Notes: generated from the letters alone by a model not told the origin. A DNA stretch of 64,000 nt from Candidatus Latescibacterota bacterium (GCA_963667175.2 CAXXXF010000006.1:320001-384000); one strand, 5' to 3'. Shown: positions 1-8,365, numbered from the stretch's first letter. A program made the numbers and translations.

Positions 1-530
1 TACCGCTGGTCAACCTGATCTTCCATGACGAATTCCAGGTCTATCGGATCGTTTGTCTGGCGGGAATAAACCAGGTTGCTGTTGATCGCGTAGTAGCGAT
101 AGAGACCGCCACCGACCAGGATGTAATACCTGTAATCCTTTGCCTTGAATCCGTGCGTGGCGTTCTCTTCGCCGACGAAAAGCAGGCCGTTCACGATCAG
201 GTTGTTCCACGTAATCTCCGACTTGCCGTTCGGGTGGGTGTACTCCTGCTCGTCGATCGCGTATACCCACGGATCGGATGCCGGCTTCCCGTCGGTGAAC
301 TTCGAGTAATTGTACTCGATTTCAACAACGGTGCGCTGGCTCGCCACATAGCTCAAGGTTGCTCCGAATTTGCCGGTGGCGCCCCAGCGCTCGCCGAGCC
401 GATGCATCGGGATGTTGTAATCGGCGATCCCGCCGACGGCCCATCTGCCTTCCTGGGCCCATGCGCCGTCTGCAAGACCCGCTGCGGTCAGCGCAAAAAC
501 AGCCAGAAAAGCAAAACGCACAACTTTCAT
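1..530 (-). CDS. Outer-membrane beta-barrel (OmpA/porin-like) protein, truncated by window start
   Basis: Not in the ORF track. Open frame from ATG at 530 (RBS GGAGGTGAG) to the window edge: MKVVRFAFLAVFALTAAGLADGAWA|QEGRWAVGGIADYNIP...VVEIEYNYSKF...YYILVGGGLYRY. Signal peptide followed by amphipathic beta-strands. Confidence 0.75.
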   Translation of the reverse strand, partial: MKVVRFAFLAVFALTAAGLADGAWAQEGRWAVGGIADYNIPMHRLGERWGATGKFGATLSYVASQRTVVEIEYNYSKFTDGKPASDPWVYAIDEQEYTHPNGKSEITWNNLIVNGLLFVGEENATHGFKAKDYRYYILVGGGLYRYYAINSNLVYSRQTNDPIDLEFVMEDQVDQR

Positions 531-730
531 CTACTCACCTCCCTCATGAGAGTGAATGATGCGGAAACTCCCTTCCTCCCGTCCCTGCGTCCCACGTACG
601 AAAATTGCGAAACTGTCTTCTCTTCGTTCGATAGACGACCTCCTTTCGTCAGGATACCGCGATAATTACGGTGAAAAACTCTATGGATACATGGATACAC
701 AGAATAGACAGGATTAAGTCAAAACCGGAT

Positions 731-781
731 AAACAAAAAGGGCGTATTGATAGCACGAGAAAGCATCATGCCATTACGCCC
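731..781 (-). terminator. Intrinsic terminator-like hairpin in the leader upstream of the OM protein gene
   Basis: Minus strand GGGCGTA-a-TGGCATGA-loop-TCGTGCTA-tcaa-TACGCCC followed by TTTTGTTT. Confidence 0.55.
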
Positions 782-880
782 GGGCGTTCAGCAAATATCG
801 ACCTGTTAAATAAATGGAACATACAAAACCTTCAGCAGTTGACGTATAGCACACTTCCCCCGTTTTTGCTAATCCCACGA

Positions 881-909
881 AATTTAGCTGGCGCAAACGA
901 ATTTGTCAA
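881..909 (-). promoter_or_regulatory. Sigma70-type promoter
   Basis: Minus strand TTGACA (909-904), 17 bp, TAAATT (886-881), with an upstream A-tract (911-918). Confidence 0.6.
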
Positions 910-927
910 GTTTTTTTTATCCTCATT

Positions 928-2737
928 GAGTCCCCTCCGAAAACGGTGTCACAAGAGTCTGGTGTAAGTGGTCAGCGTTGGAGCTTGTGATTTAGTGTGT
1001 GGCGCCGAGATAAGGTGTAGGTGCGGCGTACCCACTCAGGGGCGACCTTCGAAGGTGCTGTGGGTCTGTGGTAAGGGGGTTTTGGGCAAGAAAGCCCCTC
1101 TTATGCGGGGAGCATCGAGGGTGTTGTGAGGTAGTTCTGGATGCGAACGAGGTTGACCCAAAGGCTACGACAGCGCGCCCACAATTGGTGTGGCCTTTCT
1201 CCGCGATAGCGCGTCTTGCCATCTTTGGTGTAGTAGCTCAACTGAAAGATGCTGGCTTCGACGTTATTGCGTCGTTTTCTGATGTAGTCAGGCAGGGCTT
1301 CAATCTGTTTGCGTTTGAGGTAAGTGTCGATGTGATGTTCCTGAAAGTATCGGGCTTTGCCATCGATGATGATTTTGTATTTTCCCGGTTTGTATTCCTG
1401 GGCGATGTGAACCTCTCCGGTTTGTTGATCGGTGACGGCGACGCCTTTTGCTGTGCGTTCATAACGGAAACGCCCTGGCTTTCCTTGCAGGCCACTGTAA
1501 AAGAATCGCTTGTCGTTTTCGTCGGCATACTCGGTGTTGGATTGATCATTATAGGCCCCATCCATTGACACTTCCGCGACGTCATTCACCACCTGTAGCG
1601 TCCGCTGTATGGCATCTTGGACAAACGCGTTGTCGGGATGCGTCGCGGGTTTGACGTCAACGTCCGTGATCAAATTGAGGCCCTCTTCATCGCAGGTCTC
1701 GGTGAGGTTGACACTATATCCTTTCACCTTGTCCTTCCCTTTCTTGCGAAAGGCCGCCTCTTCATCATGGGCAGACTGCAACGAGGATGAGGTGATCTCC
1801 TTGGGAGGCTTGGGCAGCACCTCCTCGGGGGAAGATGAAACCGTATAGTGGTCGCCAAAAACACGCACGATCAGATCGTATTGGTCGCTGTCTTTCTCGG
1901 TATAGGTCTCTTGTAGCCTGCTCAACAACAGCCCCAATTCCCGCAGCTTCTCGCCTTTTTCAGTCGGAGTGAGACGGTAGACAACCTGATGAGGCTTCGC
2001 CTGAATCAGAGCCTCCAAAATCTGCTGATCCGTTGCCGATGATCGTTGTTTTTGGTCCTGGTCCAAGGACCTCCAGAACCCTTGTACGCAACCCACCACC
2101 AACTGCAACCGACAACACAAGGCAATGTTCGAGCCGATCAACTTACTGTCCATTCGTATCTGCTGACCCAACACACCAAAGGCGTTGGCCTGCGTCTTCG
2201 TTAAGCTGGCAAAGGCCTCGCCGATCAGATCGCGACCCGTTTTTAGTTGATACGCATACAACGCCTGCTTGAACAGATAATACGTGGACTCGACAGGCAC
2301 TTCATCCGTAAGATTCATCAACCCCAATGCCCCCATCACCAACACGTTGAATCGACATTGATCGAAAAGGTCGGCATCGCTCCACCCAAAACCCTCCTTG
2401 ACGATCATCATCGACACCAACTGACGAATCGGCGCATTGGGACGACCTACGTCAGCGGCAAACATCACACGGAATAGATCCTCATCCACCTTTGACGTGA
2501 TGTGCTCGTAAAACAGATTATGCCAGCACAACGGATCATTGAGCCGGTTCAGCTTACGACCTTCGAAATGAGACTCAAAACTGCGAAACAGATCCGGCGG
2601 ACTTGAAGGGGCACTCCTTCTAAACATATCGCCCTCGCCTTCTTTTCGATTCTACGTCAGGGACTCTGAAACCTGTCGATACCTCCAATTTAGTACTTTT
2701 TCGCCAATAAGTAAACTCGACTTTTCGGAGTGGACTC
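928..2737 (-). mobile_element. Insertion sequence, IS1182/IS5-like (DUF772 + DDE), 1810 bp
   Basis: Terminal IRs GAGTCCCCTCCGAAAA (928-943) and rc GAGTCCACTCCGAAAA (2722-2737), 15/16 identical. 6-bp target duplication CTCATT at 922-927 and 2738-2743. Single transposase inside. Confidence 0.93.
1101..2627 (-). CDS. DDE transposase (DUF772 N-terminal domain)
   Basis: GRPNAPIRQLVSMMIVKEGFGWSD N-terminal motif. Catalytic-looking RMDSK, SMDGAY and RNNVEASI. Lies between the IS IRs. Confidence 0.93.
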   Translation of the reverse strand: MFRRSAPSSPPDLFRSFESHFEGRKLNRLNDPLCWHNLFYEHITSKVDEDLFRVMFAADVGRPNAPIRQLVSMMIVKEGFGWSDADLFDQCRFNVLVMGALGLMNLTDEVPVESTYYLFKQALYAYQLKTGRDLIGEAFASLTKTQANAFGVLGQQIRMDSKLIGSNIALCCRLQLVVGCVQGFWRSLDQDQKQRSSATDQQILEALIQAKPHQVVYRLTPTEKGEKLRELGLLLSRLQETYTEKDSDQYDLIVRVFGDHYTVSSSPEEVLPKPPKEITSSSLQSAHDEEAAFRKKGKDKVKGYSVNLTETCDEEGLNLITDVDVKPATHPDNAFVQDAIQRTLQVVNDVAEVSMDGAYNDQSNTEYADENDKRFFYSGLQGKPGRFRYERTAKGVAVTDQQTGEVHIAQEYKPGKYKIIIDGKARYFQEHHIDTYLKRKQIEALPDYIRKRRNNVEASIFQLSYYTKDGKTRYRGERPHQLWARCRSLWVNLVRIQNYLTTPSMLPA

Positions 2738-2784
2738 CTCATTTATTGCATAACCTGAATAATTCGCCCTAAAGCATGAATTTA

Positions 2785-2809
2785 CATGGATGGACAGGAT
2801 GAGCAGGAT
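2785..2809 (+). repeat. 9-nt-periodic triple repeat CATGGATGGACAGGATGAGCAGGAT (vacant copy)
   Basis: Identical 25-mer at 4931-4955; degenerate copy at about 690-715. Confidence 0.85.
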
Positions 2810-2876
2810 AAAGACCAAAAGGCGCGAGAACGGCACGAGAAAACGAGAAATACCGAAAAGCACGACAAATCGTACA

Positions 2877-2913
2877 TCAGAAACTACGAAACACGCGAAA
2901 AATCACGAAAAAT
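2877..2913 (+). repeat. Left arm of a 26-36 bp inverted repeat (TCAGAAACTACGAAACACGCGAAAAA...)
   Basis: 2877-2902 is the exact reverse complement of 5854-5879; the match extends further with one indel. Confidence 0.85.
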
Positions 2914-2951
2914 CCGCGGTTGAACCCCTTTCATTCAAAACACAAAACTCA

Positions 2952-4930
2952 GTAGAGTCGAGATGTGGCGCGGTGGTTTAGGAGTGGCCTATCTGTTTCC
3001 GCCCCTTTCGTCTGGCGGTGCCTCAATAGCCGCTCCGTGCTCCGTTTCCACGTCCCGCTCATCGAACCGGACGTGCGGATTTACCGCATCCGGCTCTCGG
3101 ACAAGGAGTCATGCGTTCGCCCACGGAAGGTTGCGCGCCTGTACTTCCAGCCGGGTCAGGCCCAACGTGTTGTAGAGGACCTGGTCATGGAAGCGTGACC
3201 TTCCCTTTCCCGGTATTCGGTACTTGTTGCACAACCACCAGCGGAGCCGTTTCCGGGTGTGGCTGTCCACACTCCGATAGGCTTTGCTGGCCAGACCAAG
3301 ACGGAAGTAGTTGCCCCACCCTGCCAGCTTTCGGTTCAGGTGGGCAATCCGTTCTTGATGGTCTTTCAGCAACCACCGTCGCGCCGTTGCCTCGCTGATG
3401 GCCCGGCAGATGTGCCGGATGGCCTTCTTTGACGGGCGCGTGCCGATATAGGCCTTTCCCGTCTTTGGCGAGTAACAGCGGCCGATGGTGTAGCCCAGAA
3501 AGTCAAATCGTCCTTCCGGGAGCGTGCATATGCCCGTCTTCTGCTCGTTCACCGTCAACTTAAGCGCTTTCATGATGGATCGCATCGCACGCATCGCTTC
3601 TTCTGCACTGCCGCGACAGCAGATCACAAAATCATCCGCGTAGTTGACAATATGAGCCTCCAGACGTTGCTGATGTCCCCGAAATTTCCATCCCAGAATG
3701 AACCGCCGCATATACAGGTTCGCCAACAGCGGGGAGATTGGGGCGCCTTGCGGTGTCCCCCTTCCCTGATCCTTGTTCGGCGTCGCTCGACGTTTGCGGC
3801 CCCGCTTGTCGGTCTCCTCAATCGGCGCGGTCAGCCACAGCTTGATCAGGCGCAGCATTCGCCCGTCACTGATGCGTCGCGCCACCGATTTCATCAACTC
3901 GGCATGCGGGATCGTGTCGAAGTAGCCGCTCAAGTCGGCGTCGATCACCTGCGTATGGCCGCGGCTCACCAGACTGTGAACCGCATTGATGGCGTCGTGC
4001 GCACTCCGTTTCGGGCGATACGCATACTGTTCCGCTGGCAGGTCCGCCTCAAAGATCGGCTCCAAGACCAGCATCGCCGCGGTTTGCACCACCCGATCCT
4101 TCACCGTCGGGATGCCCAACGGCCTTTGCTTCCCGTTCGGCTTGGGGATATATACCCGACGGATCGGAGACACCCGATACGATTTGCTCCTTACGGCTTC
4201 CGACAGTTCGCCTAACCACCGCTTTTGCCCGTATGACTCGATATCCGCAAACGTCTCGCCGTCCACGCCCGCCGCGCCGCCGTTGGCCTTGCAGCAGCGG
4301 TACGCATAAAGCAGGATGTCCTCGCGATACACTTTGTCATACAGCGCGTAGAATCGGTAGCCGGGCGATTCCTTCGCTTTGGCATGCAACGTCTTCCGCA
4401 ACTTCCGAACCTTCTCCGGAGGTCTTAGGCTCATACCAATCTCCAGGCTCTCGCTCCTTTGACGTTGCCCTTGAACCAAGGCCCCTTCCCTCCACCGGCA
4501 TTACCCGGCTTCCCGGGTACTACGGGCCTCTCCGCCACCCCACACGGCCCGGCCTGACCCTCACGGGCGTCCGGTTGGTGTCTATACACCACCGAGGGGG
4601 GCTTCCCGTGTTGCGTCGGAACTCCTTGTATACGTGCCTTCGCCATTACCCCGGCGGGACCGTTGGATGCGCGCGTTGCTCTCTTTTTCCAACGACGGCG
4701 GCCTTCCCCGATCCATGGGCGGGTCGGCTCCCGCATTACCTTTTTCGAGGCCTGCTCAGCGTTCACTCACGTTTCGGCCCGCATACTCGCCAGGTCGCCT
4801 TGCGACCCTCTACACCGGAGGCTTCGGAGATGTCGTTGCCTACGTCCCCGCTCCGGTTGCTACCGACCGCAGCAACATTTGTCGGGTGGGACTCTCACCC
4901 ACTGAAGTTCCGCGCCTTTTCACGGCGCAC
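2952..4930 (-). mobile_element. Group II intron, 1979 nt, IIB-like (class E/F-type RT without endonuclease)
   Basis: 5' end GTGCGCCGTG at 4930. Domain V GAGAGCCGGATGCGGTAAATCCGCACGTCCGGTTC at about 3064-3098. Domain VI ends CTCGACTCTAC at 2952. EBS1 CATGGAT (4717-4711) is complementary to the 5'-exon end ATCCATG. Confidence 0.93.
3109..4434 (-). CDS. ltrA: Group II intron reverse transcriptase/maturase
   Basis: RT motifs GAAGVDG, RPLGIP, DADLSGYFDTIPH, GTPQGAPISPLLANLY, YADD, FDFLG, then the X domain GWGNYF. No HNH domain. Likely start ATG 4434 (MSLRPPEK) behind GGAG. Confidence 0.96.
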   Translation of the reverse strand: MSLRPPEKVRKLRKTLHAKAKESPGYRFYALYDKVYREDILLYAYRCCKANGGAAGVDGETFADIESYGQKRWLGELSEAVRSKSYRVSPIRRVYIPKPNGKQRPLGIPTVKDRVVQTAAMLVLEPIFEADLPAEQYAYRPKRSAHDAINAVHSLVSRGHTQVIDADLSGYFDTIPHAELMKSVARRISDGRMLRLIKLWLTAPIEETDKRGRKRRATPNKDQGRGTPQGAPISPLLANLYMRRFILGWKFRGHQQRLEAHIVNYADDFVICCRGSAEEAMRAMRSIMKALKLTVNEQKTGICTLPEGRFDFLGYTIGRCYSPKTGKAYIGTRPSKKAIRHICRAISEATARRWLLKDHQERIAHLNRKLAGWGNYFRLGLASKAYRSVDSHTRKRLRWWLCNKYRIPGKGRSRFHDQVLYNTLGLTRLEVQARNLPWANA

Positions 4931-4955
4931 CATGGATGGACAGGATGAGCAGGAT
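4931..4955 (+). repeat. 9-nt-periodic triple repeat; forms the 5' exon (IBS1) of the group II intron
   Basis: Identical to 2785-2809 and directly abuts the intron 5' end. Confidence 0.85.
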
Positions 4956-5188
4956 CATAACATGATGCAGGAAAAAGCCTGGAGCGGGATAAATGCTCAC
5001 AATTCCGGGCCAAAGCGATGGATCCTTAACCCCTTTAGTTCGCCTGGCGCGGCTCTGCTATGCCCAGCCGCAACCAAATATCACGGGGAGCACGGTATTG
5101 TTTACATCCTCCCACTCTTCTGTGGTGGGGCCTGAATGTCGACTATTTGCTGCTTCTGAAAATAAATGGAAGCTGACAACTGTTCTTC

Positions 5189-5212
5189 CTGACCACTGGC
5201 CACTGGCCACTA
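5189..5212 (+). repeat. Short heptamer tandem repeat (CTGRCCA)x3
   Basis: CTGACCA CTGGCCA CTGGCCA CTA. Confidence 0.55.
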
Positions 5213-5323
5213 TTTACTGCTCCTGGTAATGACATTTCCCTTGACACGTTGGACATTGCACGCTTCCTTTACATAAATGGATCAATGTTAAAGTAAAGCC
5301 GAAATTCAACCGGAAAGTGCGCA

Positions 5324-5593
5324 ATGTTACGGAAAATTCTCAGGAATGATTACTTCCAGATGCTCACCTTTCTGGTGGCCCTCGCTGGTACAGTCTGGGG
5401 CGCTGTATGGACGCTTAACACGAGACTCGAAGACAGGCTGACTCAACTAATAAACAATCTCGAAAGCAGAGTTACACAACGGATAGACAGACTCGAAGAC
5501 AATATGAATAATCGCTTCGGGGAAATCGAAAAACGCCTGGATTCCTTCGGCGAGCGTATTGCCAGAAACGAAGCCAGATTAGACGCACAGTAA
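5324..5593 (+). CDS. Small membrane-anchored coiled-coil protein (89 aa)
   Basis: One hydrophobic helix (MLTFLVALAGTVWGAVW) then heptad-like repeats (RLEDRL, RIDRLED, RIARNEARLD). Confidence 0.75.
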   Translation: MLRKILRNDYFQMLTFLVALAGTVWGAVWTLNTRLEDRLTQLINNLESRVTQRIDRLEDNMNNRFGEIEKRLDSFGERIARNEARLDAQ

Positions 5594-5608
5594 ACGCCTA
5601 CCGAATGC

Positions 5609-5698
5609 CAGTCCGTTGATAGAGTCCATCCGGGCTGCCTGCCTTGCCGGCAGACAGGCGTCCGATCCTTGTGACTAGATGGCGCCGTTGCGCTTCCC
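5609..5698 (+). repeat. MITE/REP-like dispersed repeat, copy 1, with palindromic insert at 5637-5659
   Basis: CAGTCCGTTGATAGAGTCCATCC...GCGTCCGATCCTTGTGAC...CGTTGCGCT aligns with 12084-12170. Confidence 0.65.
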
Positions 5699-5842
5699 CC
5701 CTGCATTTCAACCAACGCAGCCACGACGTTTCGATCCCTCGCCCTTGCCCGACTTCAAAACGGGAGGGACGCCAGTAATCAACGCGCTGGCGACCTCTTT
5801 CCAATTCACGTACCCCCTTGCGGCAATTGACTTCTGCCACGT

Positions 5843-5879
5843 ATTTTTTCGTGTTTTTCGCGTGTTTCGTAGTTTCTGA
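5843..5879 (-). repeat. Right arm of the inverted repeat matching 2877-2913
   Basis: TTTTTCGCGTGTTTCGTAGTTTCTGA is the reverse complement of 2877-2902. Confidence 0.85.
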
Positions 5880-5900
5880 CGTTATCTTCCAGTTCGCTTC

Positions 5901-8306
5901 CTACTTCTCCAGTATCTGAAACCGCCCCTCGCGAACCGTCTGCTGACCGCTCACCAGGTCCTTTACCGTCATTTTCACCCGGTAGCGCCCGGGCTTGCCC
6001 TTTCGCAGGTCCAATTCGACGTAATCGGATTCGTCAGGCGAAGTACCCGCCTGCTGATAGCTTACCGTAACCATTTCACCCGATCCCTTACGGGCCAGCG
6101 TTTTCAGTTTCTTACGCCCGCGGCGCACCTCGTACCCCACTTCGTACCGGGTGTTGCCGAAGGAATCCCTCGCCAGGTTGTAAATCTCGAAATACACGTA
6201 AACCGGATCGCCGGCGCGAAACGCCCTGGACGGCGCCGCGGCAATCTGCCAGTTCCCCCGGACCGATTTCGGGTCTGCGTCCGGGCGCGCCTCGACGACG
6301 CGGTACGCCACCTGGAGATCGCTCAGGAGCAGCCGCCCGCTATCGTAGTCGGGCACCTCGACCTCCTGGTGATACGCCTGCAGCCGGTTCGTATTCAGCC
6401 TGGACATCTGCAATGCAAGCCGATAGGCGCCCGGCGGCGCGGTCAGGTCGACCCGGTCGACGGCCAGAAGCCCCTTACCCTTTGCCGAAGGCGATAATCG
6501 CACCTCCAGCCGGTCCCGCGTTGTCCGCGCCTGCTCCGTCCGGTTTTCGATCAGGGCGATGCGCCGGTCGAGCGTGACCGTGGTGTCAGTGTCTCCCTTC
6601 ACCAGGACGTTGTCCAGCGGCAGTCCCAGATTCAGCTGAAGATCCGCCTCTCCGTTGCGGCCCCGGAACGTCAGGGCTTCGTAGTAGAACTCCATGGGAT
6701 CCAGGTGAGAAAGATCGTACCGCTCCGGCAGATCCTTCGAGATTCGCGCCACCCGGGCGCCCGGCGCCAGGTTGGGCAACCGCGTCATCAGGCGGCGCAT
6801 GGGGCCCTGGCGCTGCATGGAGAGTTCGTCCAGATCGTACCCGTCCGGGGTAGGCTCCGGAGCGAAATCGTAGATGCCGCTGTATAATTCGTCCGTAAAT
6901 ACCACTTCGAGGCCATTCCCGACGTCGGTATAGATCCAGACTTCCCATCCCACTTTCGAGTAATCCATCGCCGTGGTCACCGGCTTGTAATACGTGAGCC
7001 CCACGTCGATTTCTTCCGGGCCCGGCACGGGCTGATGGCTGGTCCGCCAGTCGGTGTTGGAAAGCGTCCGTTCTGCCGATCGGTCCGACCGGATGGGGTA
7101 CACCGGACCTATGAAGTTCATGTTGTGCCCGCGTTTTCCGTACAGCTGAAACGCCAGCTTTTCCTGCACGCGCTGCACCTTGAGCGGCACCTGCGCGTTG
7201 ATCTTCCTCCAGTTCGACTTCCAGTCGGGCTTGCCGTACCTGACGAACACCCGGCCCCTGGCGTCGAAGGGCCACTTGATTTCACCGTAAAGGGTCATCG
7301 CCCGCCAGACGCGGCGGTAGTGCTCCACGCGCCGCATCGCGCCGCCGGACGTCTGGAACGGGTCGCGCGTCAGCCAGAACCGCCGCAGGAAGGCTTCCCT
7401 CTCTTCAGGCGGTGTATTCCGGAAGGCCTGGACGTCGTCCGGCCCGGCCACGATGGAAACGTCGTGAAAGACCGACCGCGTCTTTGCCGGTTGAAGTAAG
7501 ATATACTGCTCAAACGCCGCAAGGGCCTCTTCGTGATCGCCCCAGGCGGCCAGGACCTGCGATTCGAGGGGCAGCCCCCGCCGCGGACCCATCAGCGCCG
7601 CCAGCTGCATCACCTCGTCGTACCGGCCGATTTCCAGAAGGTACAGCGCAAAGTCAAACGCGGATTCCTCGTCGTCCGGGTCGCGAGCGAGGAACTCCTG
7701 AAAATACTTGATCGCCTCGCGCGAATTTCCCTGCGATAGATGGTAATCGGCAAGCAGCATGTAGGAAGGCGCATGGTCCGGGTCGTATCGGAGCGCTTCC
7801 CGGGCCGCGGCCAGGACCTCTTTCTTCTTTCGCAATTTCAGATATGCCCGTCCCATCAGGTGATGGGCGTCGACGTAGGCGGAGTCGGCGCCGATGGCGC
7901 GTTCCAGGTTACTCAGCGCACGTTTTGGGTTGTTCATCAACTCGAGATAAACGCGACCCAGCCCGTATCGCGCCGCCACCAGCGTGGAATCCTCAATGAG
8001 CGCGTCGCGAAAACGCGCCCTCGCCCGCTGTGCGTCCCTTGCCTTGAGATAGAGCATGCCCAGGCGCACGCGCAGCAGGGCGGGGCTGGGGTACGCTTTC
8101 AGGGCGCCCTCCAGCTGACCGATCGCCACCCTGATGGAGTCCGGGTGCTCGGACTTCATCGCGCGGACGTAGACCGCGTTCACCTCGGCGGGCGAAAGCG
8201 CGTCCGCCCGCGCCGATGCGGCGCCCCAACCGAAGATGCAGAGGACCAGAACCGAAAGAAACGCCTGCCGGCGCCGGTACCCGCGGTCGTCTACCAAGTA
8301 ATGCAT
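5901..8306 (-). CDS. Secreted TPR + GWxTD-domain protein
   Basis: Signal peptide (..ASARA), multiple TPR helices, then FLRRFWLTRDP...EHYRRV...WPFDARGRVFVRYGKPD and a C-terminal Ig-like region (YVYFEIYNL). GGAGG 9 nt before ATG 8306; the ORF track starts at GTG 8312. Confidence 0.85.
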   Translation of the reverse strand: MHYLVDDRGYRRRQAFLSVLVLCIFGWGAASARADALSPAEVNAVYVRAMKSEHPDSIRVAIGQLEGALKAYPSPALLRVRLGMLYLKARDAQRARARFRDALIEDSTLVAARYGLGRVYLELMNNPKRALSNLERAIGADSAYVDAHHLMGRAYLKLRKKKEVLAAAREALRYDPDHAPSYMLLADYHLSQGNSREAIKYFQEFLARDPDDEESAFDFALYLLEIGRYDEVMQLAALMGPRRGLPLESQVLAAWGDHEEALAAFEQYILLQPAKTRSVFHDVSIVAGPDDVQAFRNTPPEEREAFLRRFWLTRDPFQTSGGAMRRVEHYRRVWRAMTLYGEIKWPFDARGRVFVRYGKPDWKSNWRKINAQVPLKVQRVQEKLAFQLYGKRGHNMNFIGPVYPIRSDRSAERTLSNTDWRTSHQPVPGPEEIDVGLTYYKPVTTAMDYSKVGWEVWIYTDVGNGLEVVFTDELYSGIYDFAPEPTPDGYDLDELSMQRQGPMRRLMTRLPNLAPGARVARISKDLPERYDLSHLDPMEFYYEALTFRGRNGEADLQLNLGLPLDNVLVKGDTDTTVTLDRRIALIENRTEQARTTRDRLEVRLSPSAKGKGLLAVDRVDLTAPPGAYRLALQMSRLNTNRLQAYHQEVEVPDYDSGRLLLSDLQVAYRVVEARPDADPKSVRGNWQIAAAPSRAFRAGDPVYVYFEIYNLARDSFGNTRYEVGYEVRRGRKKLKTLARKGSGEMVTVSYQQAGTSPDESDYVELDLRKGKPGRYRVKMTVKDLVSGQQTVREGRFQILEK

Positions 8307-8346
8307 CTTCACAATCCTCCCGCGCCAATTTGATACATCAGATATG

Positions 8347-8365
8347 TTGGTAAACGCGTTACCAA
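8347..8365. promoter_or_regulatory. Palindromic operator-like site TTGGTAA-ACGCG-TTACCAA
   Basis: Perfect 7-bp inverted repeat about 40-60 bp upstream of the GWxTD gene start. Confidence 0.4.

Noticed and set aside
153-967. Plus-strand ORFs 153-665 and 671-967
   Set aside because: The first is antisense to the real OM gene. The second is a translation of repeat/promoter DNA running into the IS end.
2790-2981. 63-aa ORF MDRMSRIK...
   Set aside because: It is a translation of the periodic repeats and reads into the intron 3' end; no RBS.
3109-4434. RT as a retron, DGR or defence RT
   Set aside because: Full intron RNA (GTGCG start, DV, DVI, EBS1-IBS1 pairing) and a maturase X domain are present; no TR/VR pair or msr-msd was seen.
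690-4955. CRISPR array interpretation of the 25-bp direct repeats
   Set aside because: Only 2-3 copies, non-palindromic, pre-insertion spacings of about 167 and 279 bp, and no cas genes.
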